In this document: positions 51,528 to 60,654 of the stretch, piece by piece | Layout of the letters: every line of letters starts with the position of its first letter | How positions within the stretch are numbered: the stretch's first letter is position 1 | Virus record (IMG/VR): IMGVR_UViG_3300029935_000001 | Coordinates: 201,867-265,866 of that record | Length of the DNA: 64,000 nt | Direction: 5' to 3' (one strand) | DNA from: a virus | Taxonomy: Duplodnaviria > Heunggongvirae > Uroviricota > Caudoviricetes | The notes under the pieces: model-generated | Told to the model about the DNA's origin: nothing | The model's input: only the letters and a program-made list of their open reading frames with translations | Databases searched by the model: none | Position numbers and translations under genes: made by a program

Positions 51528-51780
51528 ATGGTTTACAAAAAAAGACAAGGTCGACGCTACGCCGGAGTACACAGAGTTTGATTGGAAGATTCATCACCTT
51601 ACATTAGGCCACATCACTGTTCGAGCAGCTTGTGTTGATGTTGGTACTACCGGTGCATGGTTCCGCGACCAGTCGCTGGCAGGGATTTTGTTTGTGCCAA
51701 CGTCTGAACTTGGATGTATCCAGCGAGTCGACTGTGCTGGAGAGGAAGTAGATGCTGATCTACCCGGCACAGCTGACTGA
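51520..51780 (+). CDS. hypothetical protein
   Basis: GGAG 8 nt upstream of the ATG. Confidence 0.4.
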   Translation: MFEWFTKKDKVDATPEYTEFDWKIHHLTLGHITVRAACVDVGTTGAWFRDQSLAGILFVPTSELGCIQRVDCAGEEVDADLPGTAD

Positions 51781-52351
51781 TCTCACGTCATTGCACAACC
51801 ACCAAGCAGAGGTATGTATTGCGCAGTGGTTTGCGCAATGGACAAAGTGGCCTGTCCTATATGAGCCCAAGGCAAGCTATTTTCCAGACTGGGATTTTGT
51901 TATTGCACACTCGAATTCTCGAAAGGTTGCCCGCGTAGAAATCAAGATTTCCGCAAAAGGAAATTATGACGGCTCGTTAGAAATCAGCCGAAGTGACGGA
52001 TCACCGTCGGGATTGACGGCTACTACGGCGGATTTTTATCTAATGCTTAATGTAGCAAGCAGATCTACTGGCAAGATCCGAGCCATTCGTACTGAACATC
52101 TTAGGCAATATGCCGCTTCGCGCATTCACACTGCAATTGACTTGCCAACCCGCGGCACAAACATAGGCTCGAAGGTGTTGCCGCTAAATCTTACATCGTC
52201 GCAGATACAGGACTTAATGATAGCTGAGTTGCCGTGGGATAGCAGCACAGGTGCGTTCGACTTTGATCCTGCGCGTTTCAAATACAACACTTTTGCAAAC
52301 CGAAATATTTCACGCTTTTTAGTAGACGATAACTGGTACAGTAGTAAATAG
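51752..52351 (+). CDS. hypothetical protein (199 aa)
   Basis: ORF. Confidence 0.45.
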   Translation: MLIYPAQLTDLTSLHNHQAEVCIAQWFAQWTKWPVLYEPKASYFPDWDFVIAHSNSRKVARVEIKISAKGNYDGSLEISRSDGSPSGLTATTADFYLMLNVASRSTGKIRAIRTEHLRQYAASRIHTAIDLPTRGTNIGSKVLPLNLTSSQIQDLMIAELPWDSSTGAFDFDPARFKYNTFANRNISRFLVDDNWYSSK

Positions 52352-52505
52352 TATTTTACACTGAGGCATTTATGTCGTTGTTTGCTTTTATGCAGTTGCA
52401 CGTTCAGTATTCCTGTAACCTTAGTACCTACTATATATTGCACAAGCGTAGGCTGACTGAAGAGGAGAATCGCGTGCTCGACGACGCATTTACTTTTATG
52501 TGAGG

Positions 52506-52566
52506 TTGACCGTCGGTCTCGGTTGCCGTATAATACGTACATAAGATAACGCGACGGAGCAAGCAA
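52506..52566 (+). promoter_or_regulatory. conserved promoter-leader cassette
   Basis: gaGGTTGACC-17-TATAAT-acgtacataagataACGCGACGGAGCAAGCAAATG. Confidence 0.7.
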
Positions 52567-53091
52567 ATGAACCCGATAGAAACCGCAGTTCTCCCGCTCA
52601 AAGCTGCTGCTATCGAACGCGCTCGCAATCGCGCTGTTGAGCTTGTTGAAACCATGCGCCAGCAACTCGAAGCCGTTGACTTTGATCTCAACAAGGCTGC
52701 TCCCTACCCCAAAGCCAACATCGGTCGTCCGGCGTACATGGCTGCAATGTCGCGTCGCCAAATGTTCCAACGCGTGTTCCGCCCTACTCAGTGCTCGCGC
52801 AAAATGACCGATCCCGACACTGTCTACCTCAACGAAGAATGCCGTGACCTGTTTATCCAGCACGCTGGCGAAAACGCTGCGTTCGAGTACGATGCGTTTG
52901 TGGCCAAGCTCAACGCTAAGATTGGCGAGGTGGTCAGTGCCGAGCTCGAAGGCAACCACGTGTGGGGCCACTCAATTCTGCGTGTTGTTAAGGCCGACGG
53001 CTCCAAAGAAAACTGGAAAACGCAGATGATCATCAACGTGAGCAAGCTGGGTAAGCTGTTCAACCAATACCCAACCCGTAAGGTTAAGTGA
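52567..53091 (+). CDS. hypothetical protein (174 aa)
   Basis: Leader-positioned ATG. Confidence 0.5.
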   Translation: MNPIETAVLPLKAAAIERARNRAVELVETMRQQLEAVDFDLNKAAPYPKANIGRPAYMAAMSRRQMFQRVFRPTQCSRKMTDPDTVYLNEECRDLFIQHAGENAAFEYDAFVAKLNAKIGEVVSAELEGNHVWGHSILRVVKADGSKENWKTQMIINVSKLGKLFNQYPTRKVK

Positions 53092-53609
53092 TGGGCAATT
53101 TTACTTCCATCTTCCGACACCCTGAAAAAGGGGTGTATCGCTACAGCTTCGGCTCGGGCTCGCTCGAAGAAGAAAGAAAAACAGCCGAGCTTATGGGCGC
53201 CATGTCCAGTGAGATCTTCGGCGACTTTCTCTACAGCAGGCCAGTGCGTCAGGTACTGCCCCGCTGCGGTCAAAGGTACCAGTTTAGGGTTGACAAAGCA
53301 GCAATGCGCCTACACTATCGAGCCGTAAACGAGGAGATGTTCGGACAGTTTGACTATTTTAACATTAACGGGCCTCATAACTCCACTATTGACTTTTTAG
53401 TCGACGTTATCAAAACCGGCGCCTTTGAGACTCAAGCTCGCGGCAGTTTTAACGCTGCAATGTCATTCAAATTTGCCGACTTTTGTAACCAGTGCGAGTT
53501 TGAGTTTGTGCGTGCTGACGGCGGGATTTACTTGTTAGGAGTCGACGCGTCTCGCCGAAAAATTGTTCAAATCCCGCTCGAAATCGGTCACACTCATATG
53601 TGGTTATGA
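53088..53609 (+). CDS. hypothetical protein (173 aa)
   Basis: GTGATG coupling. Confidence 0.45.
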   Translation: MMGNFTSIFRHPEKGVYRYSFGSGSLEEERKTAELMGAMSSEIFGDFLYSRPVRQVLPRCGQRYQFRVDKAAMRLHYRAVNEEMFGQFDYFNINGPHNSTIDFLVDVIKTGAFETQARGSFNAAMSFKFADFCNQCEFEFVRADGGIYLLGVDASRRKIVQIPLEIGHTHMWL

Positions 53610-53757
53610 TGCGGTTATTAGCGCTTCGTGTGGATGCTGTCCACCCCACAGTATCTGAGGCAGTGAATAACTTTTGCCGCGACCACGGTGCTCACTGGTA
53701 CTCAATCGGTTGACTTTGCTGTAGCTGTGTATATAATGTTTGTACGTTAATGCGTAG

Positions 53758-53958
53758 GTGCCCGCAATGATCCGCAAAAATTTCCAACTCACAATCACCA
53801 AAGCAGACCGTCGGCACAAGAGCGGTGTTCGACTGTGGAACACGTACACCTACTCTGATGTTGACCCAGCGTGGATGGCCGAGGAAGTTCGAGTCTTGCG
53901 CAACCAGCTTTACCGAGTTGAGGATGGCTTTGCCCTTACTGTGGAGGAAGTGCAATGA
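53758..53958 (+). CDS. hypothetical protein
   Basis: Upstream TATAAT-like element at about 53732. Confidence 0.4.
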   Translation: MPAMIRKNFQLTITKADRRHKSGVRLWNTYTYSDVDPAWMAEEVRVLRNQLYRVEDGFALTVEEVQ

Positions 53959-54248
53959 GCGTGTCCAAGGTCGAGGAACTCCTCAAAGTAGCCGGGCAGA
54001 CACTGTACTTTGAGCTGCCCGAGTCAGTGCAGAAGCAACTCAATCTGCCCAAATACGTATGTTCAGGCCCGATTGTCACCCAGCGATTGACTTACGTTGC
54101 GCATCGAATCTGGCAAGTAAGCAATGGCGAAGCTCGGTATCTAAAAAATAGGTTCGCGCCAGTGCAATGCCCGCCTGATCCTGCCGAGCTAACGGCTATC
54201 ATCCTCTCGGCGCGGCGGATTCAAAACACGGATTTATATGACTTATAA
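53955..54248 (+). CDS. hypothetical protein
   Basis: ATGA coupling. Confidence 0.4.
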   Translation: MSVSKVEELLKVAGQTLYFELPESVQKQLNLPKYVCSGPIVTQRLTYVAHRIWQVSNGEARYLKNRFAPVQCPPDPAELTAIILSARRIQNTDLYDL

Positions 54249-54549
54249 AATTTTAAAATATCGCAAGCGTCACTCGGCTTCGATCCCAGAGCCGAAAAGC
54301 ATCGACGATCAGTTGCGCGATGTGCTGTTCCGACCGCGGGTAACGGGCGCAGCTCGCCGAGCCGAGATTGTACGTTTGCTTGCGCAATCAGAACATAAGC
54401 AAATCCCCGTTAATCGTCGCTATTGTATCGTTGTTGATCGCGACGCTGACTTCCGGTATATGATCAAACACGGCATTGGTCGCCTTGTGCGCCAGCATCT
54501 TTCGCGTACAAACGCCCGCACATACTTTGAGCTTGTTGACTGTGATTAA
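54238..54549 (+). CDS. hypothetical protein
   Basis: Overlapping ORF. Confidence 0.4.
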   Translation: MTYKILKYRKRHSASIPEPKSIDDQLRDVLFRPRVTGAARRAEIVRLLAQSEHKQIPVNRRYCIVVDRDADFRYMIKHGIGRLVRQHLSRTNARTYFELVDCD

Positions 54550-54716
54550 ATGGATCATTAATCACGCCCCGGCGGGGGTCCTGGCAGTGCTCTTTTACAT
54601 TGCTATAGGGCTTGGTGCCGCAGCGACTCGCGTACAAGAAGCGTACTATATCGTTTTTCGGATTCCGTATTACAAAGGTACGGGCAAGTTCCACTATTAC
54701 GTAGTGAGGAAGTCGA

Positions 54717-54905
54717 ATGTTCGGTAAAAAGCTATCGTTCCGTGACGTGCTTGTTGCTCGCGGTTGGGTTGGTCACATCGATCGAATGTATGAGTATGCG
54801 CATACCCTCGATTACCCTTACTTTTTGTGGAACGGTCGTATCTACCAGCTCGTTAATGAAGGCGGGTTTGTTCCTACTAATTATTTGCTCGAGGATGTAG
54901 AATAA
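54717..54905 (+). CDS. hypothetical protein
   Basis: ORF. Confidence 0.35.
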   Translation: MFGKKLSFRDVLVARGWVGHIDRMYEYAHTLDYPYFLWNGRIYQLVNEGGFVPTNYLLEDVE

Positions 54906-54982
54906 TGGATATTTTGTTACGAGTATCTTCGCAGGCTGGCTAATCACCGCGGTTATCGTAGCAGTGTATCAGCTCTCTTAGG

Positions 54983-55038
54983 TTGACCTTCGGCGCCTAT
55001 GTCCGTATAATAACAACATACGCTAACGGAGAGAAGCA
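54983..55038 (+). promoter_or_regulatory. conserved promoter-leader cassette (variant)
   Basis: taGGTTGACC-17-TATAAT-aacaacatacgctAACGGAGAGAAGCAATG. Confidence 0.65.
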
Positions 55039-55203
55039 ATGTCGAACGAATGGGTTGTGTATTTTGTAGAATACGGTCTCGACGGCGAGCAATGGGAATC
55101 TCACGTTGAATACTGCCCGACCGAGGCAGAAGCCGAAGTGGCGCGCGCCGAGTGGCAAGCAGCTGACCCCCACAACACGTATCTGGTTCGGGAGGCATTC
55201 TAA
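55039..55203 (+). CDS. small acidic protein (54 aa)
   Basis: Leader ATG; taATGc coupling into the next gene. Confidence 0.45.
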   Translation: MSNEWVVYFVEYGLDGEQWESHVEYCPTEAEAEVARAEWQAADPHNTYLVREAF

Positions 55204-55697
55204 TGCGCAAAGGCGAAATGCTCAGCCTGGCGATCCTAATCGCTACTCTTGCCCACGAAGGTCAGTTTGACAAGGGCGGCAAGCCCTACATTCTCCATTC
55301 GCTCACTGTCCTATACAAGCTCAACACCAACGACGAAGAGCTCCAGTGCGCTGCTGTGCTTCACGACGTCATTGAAGACTGCTCGGGCAAGCGCATCCAC
55401 TTCGCCGGTGAAGATCGAGTGATCAGCTTCGCGATGCTTGCAGACGCAGGCATGTCGACTCGAGTGATCGATATCGTGCGGCGCCTCACTAAGATGCCAG
55501 GCCAAACCTACGAAGAGTACCAAGCCGCAGTGCTCGGCGATGTTGGTGCTATGCTGGTCAAGCGCGAAGACCTGCGCACCAATAGCGATCTTCGCCGACT
55601 GAAGTCTCGCACAATTACTGAAAAAGACGTTGCCCGCGTCGCAAAGTACATGACATTTTACGCCTTGATTGAGGCCAAACTCGCAGAAAAAGGTTGA
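55203..55697 (+). CDS. small alarmone hydrolase (RelA/SpoT-type HD-domain (p)ppGpp pyrophosphohydrolase)
   Basis: LAHEGQFDKGGKPYILHSL...AAVLHDVIEDC matches the SpoT/Mesh1 HD motif (AHxGQxRxxGxPYIxHP...LHDxxED); 164 aa with no synthetase domain. Confidence 0.7.
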   Translation: MRKGEMLSLAILIATLAHEGQFDKGGKPYILHSLTVLYKLNTNDEELQCAAVLHDVIEDCSGKRIHFAGEDRVISFAMLADAGMSTRVIDIVRRLTKMPGQTYEEYQAAVLGDVGAMLVKREDLRTNSDLRRLKSRTITEKDVARVAKYMTFYALIEAKLAEKG

Positions 55698-55699
55698 CC
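55672..55699 (+). terminator. perfect 12-bp hairpin CGCAGAAAAAGG-ttga-CCTTTTTCTGCG at the end of the HD-hydrolase gene
   Basis: The stem embeds the GGTTGACC -35-like box in its loop; a copy of the 5' arm occurs in the promoter at 56773. Confidence 0.5.
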
Positions 55700-55776
55700 T
55701 TTTTCTGCGGAATCAGTGCCCTTACTAAGACAGAGTTTGCCTATAGGAGTCATAAATAAAAAAAAAAGGAAAACCT

Positions 55777-56187
55777 ATGCCAACTTCTTTATTATCGACT
55801 GGGATTCAATTCCCAGACAACACTATCCAAACTACAGCAGCGTCGGGGTCCGGTGGCGCAGCATTTGCGTGGGTCAATTTCAACGGCTCGACGGCCGGCA
55901 TCCGCGCAAGTTTAAACGTGTCGAGCATTACCCGACACGCTGCTGGACAATACACTATTAACTTTATTAATGCAGCAGTAGACAACAACTATGTTGTATG
56001 CGGTATTACTCGCCGAATCGGCTCTGGTTCGGCTACTGACATAAACGCTGGCTTATCGTTAGTGGGCGGCCAAGTCTCAACATGGCCGTATAATGCAGTT
56101 AAAACTACATCTGGTGTGCGAATTTTAGGTGGCACCCGCGACACTATACAAGATTCTGACATGTTTGATATTATTATTTTTCGATAA
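55777..56187 (+). CDS. hypothetical Gly/Ser/Thr-rich protein, possibly fibre/structural
   Basis: SD AAAGGAAAACC; low-complexity beta-rich composition. Confidence 0.45.
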   Translation: MPTSLLSTGIQFPDNTIQTTAASGSGGAAFAWVNFNGSTAGIRASLNVSSITRHAAGQYTINFINAAVDNNYVVCGITRRIGSGSATDINAGLSLVGGQVSTWPYNAVKTTSGVRILGGTRDTIQDSDMFDIIIFR

Positions 56188-56189
56188 CT

Positions 56190-56420
56190 ATGACTAATTT
56201 AGTAATTATATATTTACAAGATAACAACGTCCCGGCGGTGGTAATTCCAGCACCTGGGGCGCTGGAAGCCTTTGCAATCAACGACATCGCAAATAAAGAC
56301 GTACCGTTTGGTAAGAAGTACAAAATATTATCAATTGACGATCTCCCGCTGGATTCGCCGCAAGAATCCTGGACGGTCGACGAAGAAGATTTAACCGACG
56401 GCATAGGATCAAAACTGTGA
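56190..56420 (+). CDS. hypothetical protein
   Basis: ORF. Confidence 0.4.
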   Translation: MTNLVIIYLQDNNVPAVVIPAPGALEAFAINDIANKDVPFGKKYKILSIDDLPLDSPQESWTVDEEDLTDGIGSKL

Positions 56421-56626
56421 GCATAGTTAAAGTTAACCCAGAGATTAAAAGCAAACTTGCAAGACAACGCAGAATTGCAGAGTTACAAGAGTTGCTAAGG
56501 CAAACGGATTACGTTGCACTCTCAGATTATGACGGCTCTTGCGATGCGATTATTCAGCAACGCGCAGCCTGGCGCTCAGAAGTGAGGGCACTAAAGTCAG
56601 ATGCTGACCCGGATGTTATTAGGTAA
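56417..56626 (+). CDS. hypothetical protein
   Basis: GTGA coupling. Confidence 0.4.
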   Translation: MSIVKVNPEIKSKLARQRRIAELQELLRQTDYVALSDYDGSCDAIIQQRAAWRSEVRALKSDADPDVIR

Positions 56627-56791
56627 ACGCACCACTACAGCAGACAACAACAAAAATATATAATCGCGTTGATTGACTATATTTACGTTGCGCTCGCAGT
56701 GCGGTCAAATTGCAGACTATTAGTTTGCGGACTGGCATGCAGCTAGTCGCACACGGCGTTACCAGCATAAGACCAAACTCGCAGAAAAAGG

Positions 56792-56853
56792 TTGACCAGG
56801 TCGCGCCCGCGCTGTATAATAGCTACATACAGTAAACAAACGGAGTAAGAAAC
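56792..56853 (+). promoter_or_regulatory. conserved promoter-leader cassette
   Basis: aaaaaGGTTGACC-17-TATAAT-AGCTACATACAGTAAacAAACGGAGtAAGaAacATG. Confidence 0.7.
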
Positions 56854-57216
56854 ATGGCACGCGAAACCCGAGCACAACGTGAAGCCCGCCTTGCTGCCGA
56901 GCAAGAAGCAAACCGCCGCAAACACCAAGAGCACTACATGCCTCGCTTGCTGGCGCTGCTCGAATCCGCCTTCATTGAGGGATTTGCGCTGCGTGTTGAA
57001 GCCGGGCGCTTTGTGCTCTCCGAAAAGTTTAACAGTCACGGAACTTTCTCGTTTGCTGCAGAGTACAACGACGACGACTGGTTTGACATGGAACGCCTGT
57101 ACCAAGAAATCAACTATCGTAAACAGGAGCGCGAAGAACAAGCTCAACGGGCCGAAGCCAAGCGGGCTGCGCTGGCCAAGCTGACAGCCAATGAACGCGA
57201 CCTGCTGGGGCTTTAA
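56854..57216 (+). CDS. hypothetical Arg/Glu/Ala-rich helical protein
   Basis: Leader ATG. Confidence 0.5.
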   Translation: MARETRAQREARLAAEQEANRRKHQEHYMPRLLALLESAFIEGFALRVEAGRFVLSEKFNSHGTFSFAAEYNDDDWFDMERLYQEINYRKQEREEQAQRAEAKRAALAKLTANERDLLGL

Positions 57217-57245
57217 CCTAAGGCAAATACTCGTTTGGAAAAACA

Positions 57246-57545
57246 ATGACTGACCTACAACAACTCTTCGCCGACCAGCTGGCAATCACGGATCCGATTA
57301 CTCCCGAAATGGCCGCCGCAATGCAAAGCCGTTGCGACGAGCGCAGCAGCAAGCATTGGCTAACGGATCGCATCGAAAACGGAACAATCATTGGGCGCAA
57401 GTTGGTGTTCTTTATGTTCGAAGACGACAACAAGCTTCGTATGCTCGAAGCAGTTGACGACGAACTCGACACTGTGTTGGCTTCACTAATGTATGTGAGA
57501 AGTTCCGGAGTGTATCCTGTATTTCGACATAAGCATAGCGATTAA
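57246..57545 (+). CDS. hypothetical protein
   Basis: ORF. Confidence 0.4.
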   Translation: MTDLQQLFADQLAITDPITPEMAAAMQSRCDERSSKHWLTDRIENGTIIGRKLVFFMFEDDNKLRMLEAVDDELDTVLASLMYVRSSGVYPVFRHKHSD

Positions 57546-57577
57546 CGCGAGAACCGCTCTACCTTAGGAATCGAAAC

Positions 57578-57763
57578 ATGAAACCCAGAACTATTATCGG
57601 AATCTTTCTGTGGGTTGCCCTTAGCGTTGCCCTTGGCTATATGGGTATCGACGCAGTCAACGACCCGTTGAAGTTTCTTGCAATCATTATGATTGTCGGC
57701 GGCATCTACATCAATGGTCGAATGAGCGGTCGACCTCGGCCTGAAGTCGACAGCAGTGATTGA
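57578..57763 (+). CDS. small membrane protein (2 TM)
   Basis: SD TAGGAATCG; hydrophobic. Confidence 0.45.
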   Translation: MKPRTIIGIFLWVALSVALGYMGIDAVNDPLKFLAIIMIVGGIYINGRMSGRPRPEVDSSD

Positions 57764-57806
57764 TGATCGCTAACTCGATGCCCGTCAGCAAATGGAAGGC
57801 CCGCCA

Positions 57807-58076
57807 ATGCAAATCCGAGTAGAAGAATGCTCGTACATCAACATCCGATTTGACGGCGGCCAAGCAGTTCTGCGCCAAGGACTGGTTGCAAACGAGCTCG
57901 AGATTGTGTTCTTCCATGTGTGCTTAGCTAAGCGCAATCAAGGCCTGGCTAAGCAGGCACTACGCGAAATTCAGGCACACTTCCAAGACTGTGTGCTCAA
58001 GCCAATCGACATCCTTGAGACTGCCGAAGGGTTCTGGAACCGAATGGCAACCGAGGGCCTAGTCTCATTACAGTAA
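57807..58076 (+). CDS. possible GNAT-fold acetyltransferase-like protein
   Basis: GGAAGG 7 nt before the ATG; CLAKRNQGLAKQALREI resembles the GNAT motif A (weak). Confidence 0.3.
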   Translation: MQIRVEECSYINIRFDGGQAVLRQGLVANELEIVFFHVCLAKRNQGLAKQALREIQAHFQDCVLKPIDILETAEGFWNRMATEGLVSLQ

Positions 58077-58086
58077 GGAAACAGCT

Positions 58087-58203
58087 ATGAAAAAGATTCT
58101 TGTTCTTGCGGCCGCTGCTCTTGCTCTCGTTGGTTGTGACCAGTATGTCACCCGCACATTCGGCGGCGAAACAAGCTTGAGATTCCTGCCGGCACGCAAC
58201 TGA
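58087..58203 (+). CDS. short lipoprotein ORF (38 aa), possibly the 5' part of a frameshifted gene
   Basis: SD TAAGGAAACAG; MKKILVLAAAALALVGC lipobox; the downstream ORF (to 58367) is open in the -1 frame from about 58140. Confidence 0.4.
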   Translation: MKKILVLAAAALALVGCDQYVTRTFGGETSLRFLPARN

Positions 58204-58537
58204 TGTCGATAACGTGGAAGGGCTCAGACTTGTGGTACCTGTACTTTGACCCTGCAACCAATCGTTGCGTGTTCCGAGAGTCGTCGATGGTGGGCGTAAT
58301 GGAAGGCTCTGTTGTGGTTCCTAATTGCAATCCGGTTGGCGCACATGAAAAAGCGATGGGCGATTAAGTTTGCTTGGTTGCCCACGCGTGTTCAGGCGCG
58401 TTGGGTTTGGCTCAACTGCTACTGGGAACTCGAAGTGTACCGGTGGGCCGGCGACGGGTTTTACTGCTGGTGCTCGACGTTCCCGGAACCTACTCGAGAC
58501 TTTCTCGAATCTTAGCAACCGTTTGCTAAGATTCTCC

Positions 58538-58599
58538 TTGACACCTCCGGTCAGATCCGGTATAATAGCTACATAACGTAACGCAACGGAGCAAGTCAA
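58538..58599 (+). promoter_or_regulatory. conserved promoter-leader cassette
   Basis: TTGACA-17-TATAAT-AGCTACATAACGTAACGCAACGGAGCAAGtCAAATG. Confidence 0.7.
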
Positions 58600-58926
58600 A
58601 TGATCACCGCAGCCGAAGCCAAAACACTGTACGACGACTCGGGCGCCGAGGTTGACAAGTATCTCCAGTACAAGATCGAGCCTGAAGTCAAAGCTGCTGC
58701 GACCTCAGGCAAGCGCATGGTGTTCCATTGCATTGGGTCCCGCGACGTTTTTACGCATCCGCGCCCTGACGCGCTCCAAGCCCGGATCATCGAAAAGCTG
58801 CGCAGCCTTGGTTACACCGTTCAGTGGATGGCATCCGTTGGCGACAGCTATGTTCCGCGCGCCCTGGCCGACGACGACGGCAACGGCCCGGCCTATACCG
58901 ACTACGGCATCCAGATCACCTGGTAA
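58600..58926 (+). CDS. hypothetical protein
   Basis: Leader ATG. Confidence 0.5.
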   Translation: MITAAEAKTLYDDSGAEVDKYLQYKIEPEVKAAATSGKRMVFHCIGSRDVFTHPRPDALQARIIEKLRSLGYTVQWMASVGDSYVPRALADDDGNGPAYTDYGIQITW

Positions 58927-58937
58927 GGCATAGCATA

Positions 58938-59435
58938 ATGACTACGCTCTACGTTGTTCACAGCACCACAGGCGGCTTTGCTCGCGAAGATGCTGCCCAA
59001 AGCACAGTCGAAGGCGCCTACACTGACGAAGCTGTTGCGCGAAAAGTGGCTGCTCTTGTCGGCGGTTGGGTTGCTACTGTAACGCTCAACAAGATCGCGC
59101 CTGGATATCTCAACGCTGCCCAAGAGATGGGTATCTTGCTCCGGCCAACGTCGACCCCACTTGCGAGGTTTGAGCAGATCTACAAAGCCGTTGCTACCCG
59201 TGAGAACCACGTTCGGCCAAGTCATCCCCAAATGGATAATTGGGCTGTTGACCGCTATGAGCGCGCCGACGGCTATTTTGCTGGCATGATGGACAATGGC
59301 TATTACAAGTACGTCGGGCTCAAAATCGACGGCAAGCAAGTGTGGCGTGTAAGCTGCGCCTATACTAGCCCGAGTGACGCGCTGCGTTACGATAATATCT
59401 CTTGTGAAGACTTTGCAACAATGGAGTTCCAATGA
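58938..59435 (+). CDS. hypothetical protein
   Basis: Internal ATG of track ORF 58824..59435 placed after the upstream stop. Confidence 0.4.
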   Translation: MTTLYVVHSTTGGFAREDAAQSTVEGAYTDEAVARKVAALVGGWVATVTLNKIAPGYLNAAQEMGILLRPTSTPLARFEQIYKAVATRENHVRPSHPQMDNWAVDRYERADGYFAGMMDNGYYKYVGLKIDGKQVWRVSCAYTSPSDALRYDNISCEDFATMEFQ

Positions 59436-59629
59436 AGCTCACCGACGTTCGATCTTTGCTCCGCCAGACTATTTACAACAAGAAAGCGTACCTCGCGGAC
59501 CTGGCTAAAGATCAGCCTGCTACTGTAGCTGAGCGCCAAACTCGGTCAACTGTGGTCCAAGTGCTTGACATTAACATCGCCGAGCTCGAGCGGATTCTTG
59601 TTGATCTCGACCGGTGCGATCAACTATGA
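59432..59629 (+). CDS. hypothetical protein
   Basis: ATGA coupling. Confidence 0.4.
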   Translation: MKLTDVRSLLRQTIYNKKAYLADLAKDQPATVAERQTRSTVVQVLDINIAELERILVDLDRCDQL

Positions 59630-59982
59630 AAGTCAACGAAGTCGACAGCGAGGACATTCTGTATGAAATGTCCAACTTCAACGCTCGCACCACCGGCCTA
59701 CCGTCGAGCATCGACATATGGGCGCGCACCGATCTGCAGAATCACGGTCATTCACGCTACCGCGTTAAAATCACAAAGCAACAAGCGTGGGCAGCTATTT
59801 TTACTGTAGGGTCAAGTCCAGGGTTGGTGAAGGACATCAACCAATCTCTTTTGCCCAAAGAGGTTGCGCAAATCCAAGAGTGGATTCGGCAGTTTTACCC
59901 GCTGATCATCAGTCTCATTGACGGAAAAATCGACTCTGCTGAGTTTGCTATAGAGATGCAAAAGATCAGAAATTCTGGTTGA
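59626..59982 (+). CDS. hypothetical protein
   Basis: ATGA coupling. Confidence 0.4.
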   Translation: MKVNEVDSEDILYEMSNFNARTTGLPSSIDIWARTDLQNHGHSRYRVKITKQQAWAAIFTVGSSPGLVKDINQSLLPKEVAQIQEWIRQFYPLIISLIDGKIDSAEFAIEMQKIRNSG

Positions 59983-60040
59983 TCGTTTGAGCTATCTCCA
60001 GTATAATGGCTACATAACGTAACGCAACGGATCAAACCAA
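59979..60040 (+). promoter_or_regulatory. conserved promoter-leader cassette
   Basis: TTGATC-17-TATAAT-gGCTACATAACGTAACGCAACGGAtCAAaCcAAATG. Confidence 0.7.
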
Positions 60041-60433
60041 ATGATTACACCCGCTATCATTGACGCAGTCAAAGTTCAGTTCCTCAAGCCGATCTTCGAA
60101 GACGACTTCCCCGAAAAAGGCATGCGGGCGTGGCTGACCGACGTCAAGTGGGACAAAGGACACGAGTGTTACAAACTCTACTTTGACTTCGCTGACTTTG
60201 AGGCTGAGAACGAGAAATACTTCAAGTGCTGCTACTACGCAAACCGGCATACAGCTGAGATCGCTGCTGCTACTGGTCGCTCGCTTTTTACTGCGCGCGA
60301 AGCTGGGCACTATACGTCCAAATACTCGGTTTATTTCAGCGTCGGAGATATGACCAAGCGCGATGACGCTGCGTTTGCCGAAGAAATCAAAAATTCCTGC
60401 GCGAGGTTGAATGATGAACAAACTCATGCTTGA
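60041..60433 (+). CDS. hypothetical protein
   Basis: Leader ATG. Confidence 0.5.
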   Translation: MITPAIIDAVKVQFLKPIFEDDFPEKGMRAWLTDVKWDKGHECYKLYFDFADFEAENEKYFKCCYYANRHTAEIAAATGRSLFTAREAGHYTSKYSVYFSVGDMTKRDDAAFAEEIKNSCARLNDEQTHA

Positions 60434-60650
60434 ACTGTACCGCCGGGCCCATGTGCCGTCAACTGCGATCGACCCGTCAAACAACATGCCGTACGAAACA
60501 ACGTCGTTTAGCGCTGATCGGTTTGCTGAGCTAATCGTTGAGGAGTGTTTGTCAACGATCAAGACGCAGGCCTTAGAAAAGCCAATGAGCGACTACTACG
60601 TTGCCCAGATTCGCAAGCATTTTGGAAAATCGAAGAACTGTTTGGGGTGA
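60411..60650 (+). CDS. FAELIV-motif small protein, paralog A
   Basis: Shares RFAELIVEEC...with the next two genes. Confidence 0.45.
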   Translation: MMNKLMLELYRRAHVPSTAIDPSNNMPYETTSFSADRFAELIVEECLSTIKTQALEKPMSDYYVAQIRKHFGKSKNCLG

Positions 60651-60654
60651 AATT

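Noticed and set aside
52126-52971. 281-aa minus-strand ORF spanning two + strand genes and the promoter at 52506.
   Set aside because: It overlaps a conserved promoter-leader and two well-supported + strand genes. It has no SD and reads through the cassette antisense.
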